A DNA stretch of 64,000 nt from Nymphaea colorata. Taxonomy: Eukaryota. The notes beneath the pieces were generated by a model. It worked only from the letters and a program-made list of their open reading frames with translations. It had not been told where the DNA came from and searched no databases. The position numbers and the translations under genes were made by a program. Positions 23,754 to 37,621 of the stretch are shown here, piece by piece; positions within the stretch are counted from its first letter, which is position 1, and each line of letters starts with the position of its first letter. The stretch is from positions 33,232,001-33,296,000 of the forward strand of contig NC_045138.2 in the NCBI RefSeq assembly GCF_008831285.2, given 5' to 3'.

Positions 23754-25559
23754 AGCCATTCATTTAGTAGTTTGGTGCTGTTGGCAAATGCAAGTCAGAT
23801 TCTGCTAGCTGAAGCTCAAAATTCTGTTGGAGATCAGCGAAACCACTCTGCTGAAAGAATATCTGGTCTGAGACACCATTAGGATAAAGGCCGTAGAATC
23901 TATCTCTGTGGCCTCTCTTGTTCGAAGTGTCACCAAGCCATTGTTTTTCTCAAAAACGGAGATATCGGGGTAAGAAGATAGCGATAAAGAAATAGGGGCT
24001 CAGCTGAAATGTTGAATTTGGCCGATGCATGTGTTGAATCAGATACAAGTGAAGTGCTTGATGTCCGATCCACCATTTTTGGTCGGATCTTCCTTAACTG
24101 GAGTTGGTATCATGTTGGTATTCAAAAGTTGCTATTTTGTAGCCGAGTATAGATTCGAAGGCGGTAAGATCAGATTTTTTATGCATAACCGGGTCAGACC
24201 CTTGTTTCAGTTGAGGTTCAAATTTACAGATCCTTAGGTTTGACGTAAGATCCTTAGCTTGATGGATCACAGATTTTTACAGTGAATTCAATTGAAACGC
24301 CTCGTTAGTTGCATGAGACGGGGTAATCTACAATCTATTGATCTGGTCGGAAACCAAAATTCTTGATTTAATTGCCTGGAGTTTCCAATCATGCCTGGTG
24401 ATGTTAGAAAGTTGGTAAATCTGATTAGCCATCTAAAATAGAAATTAGTTGGATGCCACCGTGAATGAAATGCATATGAATAAACAGGGCCTATGAAACT
24501 GAATCGAATGTAAAAACATACCAACGTCCCAAGCTCTTCCATGCATGTTCTATTCCAATCGCATAGTGGTCGGTTCATAATCTCCCATGCTTTGTTGCCA
24601 AATAATAGAGTCTTAGGGGCTGTTAGATTTTTTTGAAAAAAAAAAAAAAAAAGAAAGAGAGAAAACTTTATGTTTTTAGGACGCATATAAAATACATGTT
24701 CTTGTTCTGAGAATAAGTTACAATTATGTTCAACTTTGGATTGTTGGATCCAGGAACAATATCCATAGCCACACCATGTTTTTCTTGAACAAGAAGTTGG
24801 TGCGTTAGAAACATGTATATTTGAGACACAAGCTGGTCCATTGACAACCCCACGACAGTATGCCTTGATCACCTGCCTCTCCTTCTACCTAAGGTTGAAC
24901 TTGAAGACCTGAACGGGGAGGCGGAGGAGAATGGTGAACTTCTAGGAGAAGGTGCTTGAGTACTTGGAATATCTGATATCTGATGCCCATTTTGAAGTGG
25001 GGACTCCTTCAGTGCAAGGATTTGTCAAATTGTAGATTAAGATCCCAGTTATCCATAAGTCACAACATTCTGTATTAAAAATCTGTGTACTGAACATGCA
25101 TGAAATTCCCTGCTATATCTGATGCGTTTTGTAACTCCATTACATCTCCCTCCTCCATGCACAATAACCGTGGCATCATTGTCTTATCTCTTTCACTATG
25201 TTCACCTTGACTTATTTGTGTTTCAACCCCTGCGTGATTCATAAGCAGATTGTACCAAATCATGAATGGCGTTAACCACAACCTAGTTTCAGGGTATGAC
25301 TGCTCTTCGTTCTTTTCTCTGCGGTCGCTTTTACACGCGGGATATTCATGGCGGATACCGTATCGGCGAGCCTCTTTCTGGTAGAACTCTTGATGCTTGC
25401 TCCTACCTGCTGAACAGAGCGTGCCACCACTGTGAGGACATGATCATGGCTACCTATATATATAATCGTAGGGACATGTACAGTAAAGACTATTGGTATG
25501 AACAAGGAAAAAGACTGCTTCGTGAGGACCCCAGAATACTGTGTATGCCGTCTTTGTAA
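23754..25559 (+). pseudogene. Unidentified three-exon disabled coding remnant, divergent from petC
   Basis: Phase-0 segments ~23754-23969 (ends FLKNGDIG|GTAAG), 24754-25059 (CAG|EQYP*PHHVFLEQEVGALETCIF...KIPVIHK) and 25293-25559 (AG|GMTALRSFLCGRFYTRDIHGGYR...EDPRILCMPSL*). In-frame stops at 23880, 24766, 24910, 24943 and 25033. The second donor is defective. Confidence 0.45.
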
Positions 25560-25699
25560 AAGGAAAAAGTTTGCGAAAAACAAACAATATGCAGAAAGAG
25601 AACGCAGAAGCATGTGAAACGGTGGATGGCAATACAGTATGGCCGTAGTAATCTTCCGGAAGGAGGGCCTATCGGGAAAGAAAGGCGTCCTTTAAAAGG

Positions 25700-27100
25700 A
25701 GAGAAATGAGAAGAGATTAACAGAGGCAATATGATGAGAACAGAAAAAAGAGAAGGGAAGAGAAGAGAAAGTTGGCAGCAAATCTGAAAGCAAAAGCGGT
25801 TTCCTGGTTCCAGCTTTCTCTTCTATCAAGGTACGGACAGGGGGAGTTGCTTTGTAAAGCCGAGATTGCAAGGGGATTTCGGCATCAGTTACTGCTGAAT
25901 TTTTAACTGGAACTATAATATAATGCATCAATGGTGATCATCTGGGTGGAAAATTTCCAAGATTGAAGCACTGCAAATGAGATTTACCGTTTTAGCAGTT
26001 TAATGCTTTGTTTCCATCACTCGATCGGCAGCTTAATGCCTAGAAATCCACTCTTATTTCAATGTATGTACATGATTCGAAGAGCATAAAAAATTCGACC
26101 GGAATCAGATCCTTAGACGGCATGAAAGATGCCATCCCAAACGTTACATTCCCAGCCTTATCAGATCCAAGTAGCATGTGATACCCAACCTGTGTCATTG
26201 ACCTTGCTGCTTTAATAGTTTATTAATATGCTTCTGTACTTTGTCTCCAAATGCTCTCTCTAAATTGGATACAGTTCTTAGATTTTTGCATCTTTAAAGT
26301 GTACATACATCAGGAGACGTGCGTCTTACTTGCTTCATGATCAACGCCCGTCCAGTTGGTCAAGTTCATTGTTTAAAGAATTTAATATGAATGTAGATAT
26401 CCTGATTTTTTAGAAAAACAAACAAATTTTAGTCCCTATGGGATTCACCGGTACAGTTGTCTTTAGCGGCGGCGGGTTCTGTTCAGATCCATATGCACCT
26501 ATACATTCTCATGTGATTTTGATACTATGAAAAACACCATTCCATTCCGGTTCTTCCACTGCCGGATCTCGTCTGGAAGATAGCCTGCAATTCGTACATT
26601 CGGATATGAGGTTGCCCCGTTTTAAAACGGTTGCTCTTAAAAATTAATTGCATCCAGCATCCTCTTGTGGACCCGACCCATTGTTCACGGGCTTCATGTT
26701 GGAGCGGTACAGCCTCCCGTCATTTATGAGCATTGACACCATGTGTGTGGGGGAACCAGATCCAGTCTCAGATACTGACACCACCATGGGACCATATCCG
26801 GTTCCCGATCCTGTTTATCCTTGATCCTCGAATAGAGAACCACTCCGTGAATTGCACAGCTAGCAAATCTCTGCCCATGTTGAAGATTCCGAACCCCTAC
26901 CTTAAATTTAATTGAACAACAAGTCACAATTACGAATAGCATACTAGCTGGATTTGGATTAGTATTATAGTAGTTTATAAGTTTCCTAAGGATCCCTATG
27001 AAACTATAGATAGGCAAAAAATATCTGATATCCATGACCCACCTCAATATAAATTCGACGGTCCAAGTTAGTAATTTACTTTTTTTTTCCTTTGGAGTTA
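25700..27100 (-). mobile_element. Decayed L1-type LINE, post-RT 3' region
   Basis: ORF 26724-27185(-) contains LLTW...FLPIYSF...VGVRNL...WWCQYLR, resembling plant L1 LSW.GR...LPIY...GLGVRNL. Weak RNase-H-like traces near 25750-25930. Confidence 0.35.
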
Positions 27101-30100
27101 AAGGTTTGAAGAAAAAAAATATGCTCATGTGGCTGGAATTGTGAGAACCAACAAGTTGTGGGGACGTCAAGAATTCAAGGCTCACAGGAAACCATCCTTA
27201 TGGATGCCATTGCTGCATAGCTTAGTGGATTAGCAGATCAAAAGGTTTTGGGTTGTCATTCTTCAATCTTTTATATTTTTTCAAAACATCAAAAGCAGGC
27301 TTAGTACTTTATCGAGAAAAGATTGAAATATTTCTTTCGCTCACCCAACGAGAGACGAAAACAGACCTAGTACTTTATAGAGAAATGGTTGAAATACTCC
27401 TTTTTGCTCACCCAACCCAACAAGAAGAGAGAAAAACCTATGTGTAGATGCAGTAAATAATAGTTTCCTAGACTTAGGAAGGTGAAACTCTGCCAAAATG
27501 ATTTATAGTGTACCGTTATGAATTAATATATCGACAAGTCTATCAAAGGCATGTAAATGGCCTCTAACATAAGCTGCATGAGGCACCTAACAACTTGATT
27601 TTAGTTCGTATATACATTGTTTGAGAAATAACTATTTCTCTATCATATTAAAATTGAACTAACACTGTGACCAAATAAAAATCATAATTTATTGGAGGAA
27701 GATGCAGAGCCATGATTCAAGCGAGCGAAAGGATTATAACCCCGCCATATCGTCTCTGTGGTTCAATGACCAAGCACCTAGAAATTGGGCATGAGAAGAA
27801 GAACCCTTTCCACCAAGTGATAGAAGGTACAAAGCATAAATGCGCTTCACGCATGGCATTCTGCAGATAACGGCACCCCTTTCAGCCTTGCAATAATGGT
27901 GTCTCCCCTTCACCTTCCAATTTTATTCGCCTTTTTATATTTTTTTGTTGGAGAATGGGGACTCGTGATTCTCTCTTTCTCTCTGTCTCGTCTCATTTAT
28001 TGGGAGTTGCTTCTCTTTCCATCTTTGAAAGTATTAGCGGAATCATCTGCCGTCTAACTGGTTAATTTGGTGAAAATAAAGGGTTTCGGACTTTTTTGAA
28101 TTTATTCTCTTATATTTCGATCTGAAGTTGATGGAATTCACCAAGAAATCATGATAAAGAAGGAAAATTGGATATCGACATCTTCGTTTTCAGATTTATT
28201 GGTGCTTCTCTTCTGTCGCATTTCGCTGCGGCCGTGCTTCATAATTAAAGGCGTCATGTTATTATTAACGCATGCAACCATCGATTCGTTCTTCCGAAAG
28301 GAAACGAAACTCTGCCGCAGTTTTCCTCCAGAAAATATCGCTACCTGAACTTGTATAAAAAGGTAACCAAGTTTTCACAGATCGATATATAATAAGAACG
28401 CTATAACACATTCAGAAGATCACAAATTAAGTCGAGAAATTTTTAAACACGGTGACCATGGCTGTCGCCGACTTATTCTGAAGATAACAGCTGGATATAT
28501 AATAAGAAGCATAGATCGACAATTTGGGCAATGTTAGTTTGCTAGATATAATTTTATAATGCTCAATCTGACGACTACCCTTTCTCGATTTGTACTTGTT
28601 TGCATTATGTTCTATGTAATTATTCACATAATAAAAGGCCTTCTTTATCGTTTTTTTGTTGCTTTCTGCTAGTTGCATCTGTCAAGAAAATAATGAAACG
28701 AATCCTCGTTATTAATGTAAGCTTCGTTAATCAAGTTTCGTATGGAGAAAAAAAAAAATTGGATCTCTCTCTATCTCATAACCATTCACTTAATTCGTTT
28801 CCAATCTGAACGCACGCATAACTTCATTCCTTACATAGAGAATCAGAATCCAAAAATGAGGTACCCATGAGATTTGATACAAGCACGGACTGGCCCTAGT
28901 TCTTAGTTTGATTTCATGTGAGCTATTTTTTAAACGGTAATGTGCAATACTCTAATTGATCATTCTCTACACAAGTTTTGAAATAGCATTAGAGCATGAA
29001 AGTGGAGGAAAGAAAGAAAAGAGGAGCTTTGGCTTTTTTTTTGGGGTAGCTTGGAGTGCATCTGTTTGACAACAAAAAAAGCTCCAGCACGGATACCGAA
29101 AACAATGGCCCTTTTCCAGACATTTAATTCCCTAGCTATGCTCATCTGCTAGAGCGAGTCAAGTTGGAGGACGTTTATGGTTCTACACCAAGGTCCCACA
29201 AGCTTACAGCTGATAAATTATAGCGGAGGTTGCGAATCTTCACGAAAGAAGAGCACACTGGCCTAAAAATATTGTCTTCAAAGTACCTTACAAGAAACAT
29301 GTTGCCCTACCTTGATGTGTTACAAACTCCCGAATTGATTGGACCGTGTGTGCGTGAAACTGTTTCTCCATGGTTGAGTACAACACGCTCTAATTGTATT
29401 TTACATCAACAATTATTATTATAAAAAAAGTTATCACCGAGTTGTTATTAAAAAAAATATGTTGTTAAGCTTGCATTGCATAGTTTTTTATTCACACATA
29501 TTTATATATATATGTGTGTACACACACATAGGCACACAGAAATAAATCAATTCATTGGGAAGTTCAAAGCAAAAGTACAAAATCAAACTAATTAGACAGA
29601 TGCATGTATATCGAACCAGCAACGATTTGTTTGAGATCCGAAAAGCGTTAATAGGTACAAAATAGTTACATACTTTATCGATTTAATTTAAAGAGTGGGG
29701 ATTCTTGTAATGTGATTTCTGTATAGGGATTGGTATGGCTGCATGTCCTCGAAAATGTTGAACATATATACGTTGCGAGGCAATTTTTTTTAGTTTAAAT
29801 AAAAAAACAAAGATCTGGATGTTAATAGGCGACAGGAAATCGTGGTGGTCCCGCAAAAGTTATCCAAAGAATTCGTATCCTGAATAATTTCTCCGAAAAG
29901 TTATCCTTCTCTTTAAGCCAAGAATTCCTCTTGGCATGGACAGCCTTACCATACCATTGATTGGAAGAAGCAAATAAAATACATTCTTTAGGTGTCACAC
30001 GAATCAAACACACTCTTCAAGTTTAGAGCAATCTCAAAACTCCAACTGACGTATTCCAAATCCGTCTACAAATTAATTTCATCTCGGTACAGGTAGTTTG

Positions 30101-31524
30101 GCAAATCAAAAAAACTTGATATATCCCTGTGATGTCATATATATACAGCTGTAAAGTTTTTGACATAAAACAGAAGAGATCTTATCTTGGGTAGAAAAAC
30201 AATTCCAAGCGGCTGCATCTGCATTAAAAAAGGACCGCCTTGAGACCTCGTTCACCAATCCCAGTAGGTCAAAACGCCTCGCGTTAGATTAGATTAGCTC
30301 TCTCGGTAAGACAAAACAAAGATCCCAACTCAGTTTTTTTTAAAAAAAAGAAAGAAAAGGTAAATAAATAAATAAAACGGGGAATGTTACCATTCCAAAG
30401 GAAAATTTAATTTTGCTTTTATTTAAAAAAAGATTATGCTACCAAGGGGAGGAGAGTGGGGAGGTGCCTTTCCCATGTGAAGGCTCTGCCATGAAAAGCT
30501 GGCACGAAGAAAGGGCCACCGGCCGCGACTTGCGGGGCGCACGCACTCCCGACACACACATACACGCATTGATGCCGAAGGCAACAAAAGCAGCAGCAGG
30601 CGAAGGCCCAAGGGCTGGCAGCGCGGGAGCTGCGTATTTTAGCGACGGCCTTTCCCCTTCCGGCCCCATCCCGTACACGGCCCGCTCCCCTTGCCCCGCC
30701 GTGTCGCAGTCATCCCACTCCCCGCCCGTGGGCTCCACACCCCCTCGATTCCCACCATGGACCTCACTCCCATTTGCACCTGCATGTGCGTGCGTCCACA
30801 CAAGCTCCAGAGAATCGAGAGGCCGACCCAAGCTGCAGGAACACACACATACAGCTAGCTGCTGGTCGAGAGATCCAATCCTGAAGCTACGAGTAAGAAA
30901 TAGTTGCAGTACCAGTCCACAGCTTGAACAGGGGTTTCTGGCAGGCTTGGGGTAAGTTCGGTCTCATGAAGAGAAGAGGGAGCTCGGGATTTGACGCTAC
31001 CCGATCAGTCCACTCAGGTTTGGCAACAGCAGCAGAAGATACTGTGACTGATGGGATATATTACTATGGAGCTGTTCTCCAAACAGTGAAGTAATAAATG
31101 GATCTGGATTTGAGAGGCTATCCCAGATGGGGAAACCCCTTTTCACTTTCAACGGTAGTGCTTATCCGAACTACTGAAACTTGGAGGGGAGATGTGTCTT
31201 TTCCGAAATGACGGGGAAGGTTTGAGATGAGTTCAACTTCCCACCAGAAGGAATTCTACTGAAATGCTTCTGAGTCCTGAGCCTGCACTTGCATTTCCCA
31301 AGATGCCCTCATAATTCACGTCTCCAAAATAGCCTTAACAACGTAGAAGGTGGCATGTGAAAGCAAGGCAGCAGTCACCAGAGAGAAAAAGATTTGACTG
31401 GGTGTTTTCGTCAATTCGTAAAAAGCAAAGTTGGTAAAAATAAGGTCCTTTTCCAGATCTCAAGAGCCTCCCTCTGTAGCTTTTGACCAGCCTTCCTCTC
31501 CTCCGGCGGATTTTTCAAAGCCTC

Positions 31525-31569
<45 letters not shown>

Positions 31570-32174
31570 AGGGAAAGGAGAGACCGCATATATTAGAGGG
31601 AGGGCGGGGAAGGAAGGCGACTCGATTTTCTCTCCCTGGGCTATCCTTTTCCCTTCACCGCTTTCCGGCACTGATCTCTTCGAGCAGGCGAGAAAAACTA
31701 GCCGGTCGCTCCTGTGCTCGCCGGAACCGAAACCGGGGTCGACTATGGATACGTTTTCATAGTTACATTCTCGAAGCGACAGCGCGCATTTATCCTATGT
31801 ACGTAGACTGAAAGCCGATCAAGCGGCACTCTACCTAGTGGATTTCCGGCCTTTCGTGTGCGCCCTGCGGGCTTCGCCGGAGGGAAGACAAGGAATGCGT
31901 CTCGTCTTTCTCAAGTAAACACGAATCGAGTCCTTTCGAGACAGCGTACTTTTCTCGAACAGAATAACAACATACTCTCATATTTTTGGAGTCCGATCTT
32001 CTTCTTGTAGACAGGGAATAAAAAACAGAGTGTTAGTACGTATTTGAAGGGACCTTGACGAAAGCCGAGCTGCGGCACTCTTTCCGGTGTTAGTTTCACC
32101 TTCTTCGCTCGGAAGAAGCAAATAAGAGAAAGAGAGAGCGACAGATATATATCATGTATATAACAGAGAGAGAT

Positions 32175-34508
32175 ATGGAGATCGTTCTGGACCATCCGAT
32201 CGTCTTTTTCTCTGAAGAGCAGGAGCCTGAAACGGAATCTGTTGAGTTCCTTTTCTCGACTGAATGTGAACATATGCCTGACGGAAACTATTCTCAGAAG
32301 TATAAGACCAGAGAGCTTCAAGCATCCGATAGACAGGAAGCCATTTCTCTCATCTTGAAGGTAGAAAAAAACAATCTTTTCTTCATTTGCTTCTTCTGGA
32401 TTTGGTTGATCGGGGATTGGAAAAATTTAACGCTATTATTTTGTTGTATGATGTTTCAGATTTCGAGATTGGACCATTTCGTCGCTTATCTCGCTGTGAA
32501 TTACTATGATCGGTTCATTTCGTGGCAGCATATCCCGGTAAATTGAAATCACGTCTCTTGAAAAGACAAACAAAACCCGCACGACTTCCGTTTATCTCCG
32601 TGAATCCTCTCACACCTCCGGCCCTTTTACACTGAAAGCATTTTGTTAGTTTCGGTCGCGTTTTTTTGTGCTTGTTGTCACCGTCTTGGAAAATTGAGAA
32701 CGATTCCATGTTTTTTTATTTCATTATAACTTTGTCCATGACTCAATGGCTTCAGTTGGCATTCCAAGGAATCCGAAATTTAATCTACTCAACCATGCGA
32801 CAAAATACGGCAGCTGCATTGAAACTTGAAAGTTTTGCTCTTTTTACTTCCCTCTTGAATTTTCTCAATTTGCCTATTTCTCACGGCATTCATCTAACGG
32901 ACAACTGCATATTAGCTTGATCTATTCACTCTTTCACGTAAAGTTCCTATCGTCCAATCCTCCCTGAAAATATCTCACCGCACCGCTTTCCTTGCTCGAT
33001 GTTCGTGGGCCTGATATTAAGTGGGATCTGCAGAGGCACAAAGCGTGGATATCTCGCCTTGTCTGCGTCTCCTGTGTCTCCCTCGCATCAAAGCTGCGGA
33101 AGGCGGAGTTCTTGCTTTCCGATCTTCAGGTGAGTAGAAATTACCAGGTTATTGTACGCATTTATTTTCTTATGTTTCTTTTCCTTTTTTACTTCATTAA
33201 AATGAGTTTTCTAACTTTTTCGCTGTCTCCCTCTCATTCATGGAACGGGTGAAGAGGGACGAAGGATTCTTCTTTGACGTTCAGACGATCCGCAGAATGG
33301 AGCTATTAATTCTGAGCGCCCTCAAATGGAGAATGCGATCCGTTACTCCGTTCTCCTTCATAAATTTCTTCCTTTCCCTCTGCGATATCGACTTTCAGCC
33401 ATTAAAGGCGGTAATGAGGGCGCGGGCTATCGAGATGGTCCTGAGGTCGCAGGCGGGTAAGTGGCACAACTTCTTCGCTTAAATAATTCGTGGTTCACGA
33501 TCGTGAAAAATGGCTTTAGTCCATGATTTATTTTCGCGGCTTTCAGAGGTCAAGATTCTGGAGTTCCGGCCTTCGCTTGTCGCAGCGGCGTCTGTGCTCT
33601 GTGCTTCCCGTGAGATCGCTCCGTCCTTCGCCGTCCACCAGGACGCCGTAGCCGAATGCGTTCACATGAATAAAGTAAGGGATCGATGTTAATTTCCTTT
33701 ATTAGAAGTCCACTTTCTCCCATTTGTTGGTTCCAATACTTTCTTGTTCTATATCCTTTGCCCCCCACATGCATCCGCCTGCCGTTCTGTCGCACACGAT
33801 GCCCCCAAAGCCCCCACAAAAAGTTTCACCAAACCCACAAGCGCTCGGTATAATTTATTTTACCTCAACCTGCCGTCCGCCGGTCCTCTGTGTGAGCGAC
33901 GGAGGTGCGTCTGGGAGTTTCATGTCGTTCTGAGATTCTCGCTGATACGCGCTGCTTTCCTGGCAGCGAACGCTTGCAGGAAAGGGTTCTTTCTGAATAA
34001 CTGATTTGGGGTAGAAGGGCGGAGAGGTCTGATAGTGTATGATGTACCAAACGACTGAAAAGGAATGAACGTGCTTCTGCTTTGTCTCTTTCCACAGGAT
34101 ACCAGAAATTCTTTTCGGTTCCTAAGCAGAAAATCATTTCCCATCGGTTATACATATGCATGATTTGGTGCAAAACACACCTGATTTATATTTGTTATTT
34201 CTGAGCAGGAGCAGCTAGCTGCCTGCTACGAGTTGATGCAGGACATGATTGTGGTCGACAAGTACGAGCCTGCAGCCCGTTCGATGTCCAGCGATGATAC
34301 GCCCGTTACCGTACTCGACCGCCATTGCTCGAGCTCGGAAAGCGAGCTTGGAGACAGCGTCGTGGCGGCCTCCACGACGTCGTCCTCGGGTGGCTTGGCG
34401 ACGCTCCAGCTCTACCAGACGGTGGCGTCGACCAAGAGGCGGAGGCTCAATGGCCTGTGCACTGGCAAGATCGTGCAGGTCTCCCAGATGCAGCAGTGCT
34501 CAACGTGA
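32175..34508 (+). CDS. CYCD6;1: D-type cyclin, CYCD6 clade, 329 aa, 6 exons
   Basis: Exons 32175-32360, 32460-32537, 33034-33129, 33255-33456, 33547-33674 and 34209-34508. Cyclin box AYLAVNYYDRF, CVSLASK, MELLILSALKWRMRSVTPFSF, EFRPS. The N-terminus MEIVLDHP and absence of LxCxE fit CYCD6. Confidence 0.92.
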
Positions 34509-37500
34509 CCTGAACGCGACCCTCCAAGAACCCCAGCTGCTAGTCTTTCCCTCTCTTCGTGCTTTAGTTATCTGTACGGATGTGCCAAGGGAGAGACCAA
34601 ATAGTGAAAGGGATAAAGGTGGTAAGAAGGCCTAGTCCAGTCTAGTTTCACCGGGGCAGGTAATCCTCGAGATCTTGCTCAACAATCGCTGGTCAATGTC
34701 TAGTTTTACCGTGAGTGGTCTTGCCTGGAAAAGCCCTAGCCCCTTCTCTATTTCTTTCTGTGCGTTCAGGCTCTTATCTTAAACAATAAAACCAAGAAAA
34801 AATAGAAAAATTCGGAAAAAGCCGAAAAGGAGGACTCTGGTAGGTGATTTTGGTTCAGTTTGTTGTGGTGGTCCTTTTCCCTTTTTACTTTTTTTTTTTT
34901 TTGTCTCTCGAAGCGTTAAAACCTTCACTTGGAGGATGTTTCGGCTCGATGGGTCACATCACGCTCCTTTCTGCCTCTCCCATTCCCCAACACTGAGGAC
35001 TTCAGCTGGGGGGACCCAAACATGACTCTCACAGCAGCCTCAGTTTTACAGAATTCCGGTACATGTTTGCTGAGAGCCAGCCTGAGAGGAACAGAAAAGC
35101 GAATGGTTGGTATCAGAGGCCAAGAACGAAACCATCAGCGTGGACACATGTGGGGATCCTTGAAAGAAAGATGGAGGGACGTATACGACCGTAAATCTCG
35201 CGTTAACTTGCAAAGATCGGCGATTTTATTGCTGAGGAAGGAATCATGACAGAGGGGAAGGATCATGATCTTTAATTAATCAACCGTAATTGCTTTTAAT
35301 TTACCACTCCACAAGTGATGCCTTAAACGCTTATGGTCAGCCTGCAGGGCGCTGGAAGGTCCCAATGATTAATTAATCCATGTGTTCATTAGATATAATC
35401 AATTCACGTGCATGCTTCATCCGGAGAACTGATGCTGCATGCTTCATCACAACAAGAAAAATAAATAGAACCGTGCTGATTGGTGCACGCCTTACTGAAG
35501 CTTCCTTGACACGTTGCCATCTGAAGCAGGCATGGAGAACTTCATTTGTAGGTTAAAATGCTCAACTCCGAGTGAATCGTCCTTCCCTCCCCATCTTTTC
35601 TGAAAAAGAAAAGCTCTGGTGTAAGCGAACTTGCTGGGAGTGTTCGGATTTTCGCAGGCCTCTTATCATTCTATCGGTGTGGTGTCATTTATCCACGGTA
35701 TATTTAAAAGTATCGACCGACCGATACTTTCGAAGGACGACCCTTAAACTGCGTTAGAAAACGAAACTGGAAATAAAAATGTTTAAAGTTTCGTCGTCCC
35801 GGAAGGCTCTCTTTCTCTGCCGAATGAATGTCCTGGACAAGGACCCGAACATTCCGCCGGGATCCCGATATCCAAAGAAAATTCCTTTTCGTGTTTTTCC
35901 TTTCCCTCACAAACTCCCGCATTTTGAGTCAATAACTTCATATAGTGAGTTTTCTTCCTAATTACAGTATCGCATAAAATTAATTGCAGTTTTTAAGTCA
36001 AATCATTGTTGAATCGGAACACACATTCATTTGGCTAAAGTCCCGAATTTGTGTCGATCCAAATCAATGTTGAATCGGAACACACATTCATCTGGATCAA
36101 GTCCAGATTTGCACGAATCCAAGCCCTCAACGCCGACCCAGCCCGACCCCACCTTCAAGCCGTGAGTGTAAAGGCTGATGCTTGGGTCCACAGGCACCCA
36201 GCGCAAGGGGGTGAGGCCCAACCGGCAACTATGTCTTAAAAATTGACTTGGGAACCGAATCGGCGAGCCTGCTGAGAGCCGATTCATTGATTCGGCAGAA
36301 CAGCACGCCAGTGAATCCGCCAAAAGCAGTTAAAAGATTAGATGACACCACGGAGATTCGATTCGGCCTCATTCTGAGAACACTGGGTCCAACGACCACC
36401 TGCTTCAATGGGACTGGGCTTGGGCTGTTTTGGCACCGAACATATTTATGTTAATGTGGAAAATCTCTCTCTCTCTCTCTCTAGGTTTTCCAGCAAAAAC
36501 TTCCACACACTTGAACCTGGTCAGCTAAGGACAAGGAGGGCTAGCAGGTGTCGATGTTCAACCAAAACCAAAGATTTCAAACTTTACCATTTCTTCGATT
36601 TGGGTGCTTAATATTTGGCTTAAACGTGTCGGAGAATGAAAATGTTCGGGAGATTCACATTTGCAAACCACTTCATCCATGTGAGGAAAGTTGAGAATTC
36701 AAGCAACCAAAAACTCGCATTATTTACGATATAAATAGTTTTGTTTATGTGTTTAATTATTTTCTTCTTCTTGATCTCGCGAATGTGAGAGGGTACGGCA
36801 ACAAGCAGAAGATGCTTCGCCCAGCAAAATCGATTAATTACAATCCAAAAGAAACAGAAAGCAAAGGTTATGTTTAATGTGCAATGATTTCTTCTTTAAC
36901 ACAAACTGGGGGGCGTGAGCTTTGAGTTTGGGCAATTTATAACATGGAACCCACGGGGCAGAGAAGCTGGAGCCCAAGTTCCCCAAACCAGCATTGAATG
37001 CATTGGGAAGGAAAAGAAAGATTGCAGAGATGCACATACTTTGAATCTCCGGCATTTAATATCTATATTGTGTAGTACATGATATGATAGTGTGGAGTCC
37101 TTTCCGATTCTGAACAGCAGGCATCATTCACTCTTGTTTTCAGGTACATGTCCTTCAAATGTTGGATCCACCCCAACAGACACATTTAGTGTGATTTATT
37201 TTCCTTGTCAGTCGGTGCCGATCGATCGATCGTCTGGAACGAACCATAGTATTCAGCTTTCAGGATGCCATAGGGAAAAAAATTCAATGGTCTGCAACTT
37301 TCGAATGCGAATGCCTTATATGATCTAATGAGTCAGATCGACCATTCGAACATGAATTGTCAACATATATTTAACAGGAATCAAGCATTTGGCACTAATG
37401 AAGGCAAATAACTGATCAGCAAAAAAAAAAATAGACCTCTATTTTCATCTGTATATCAGATTATTTGTATACATAAAACAAGTGGTTACCTCAAGTACTT

Positions 37501-37621
37501 TTGGCAAATTCTTCGATTCTTCTCTGTCTTTCTACCCAAAGTTAATCTTTCGGTCGCCTTGTGCCCTTTTCAACAGTCTTAAATGTCTATGATGGCATTG
37601 GAAACATGCTTTAACATCTTA

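Noticed and set aside
30413..30955. 180-aa ORF and its antisense partners
   Set aside because: Non-ATG start, low complexity, explained by high GC; no recognisable domain or splice structure.
15867..34508. Alkaloid/amine biosynthetic gene cluster around the decarboxylase
   Set aside because: The neighbours are petC, cyclin D6 and TE debris. There is no P450, methyltransferase or acyltransferase of specialised metabolism in the window.
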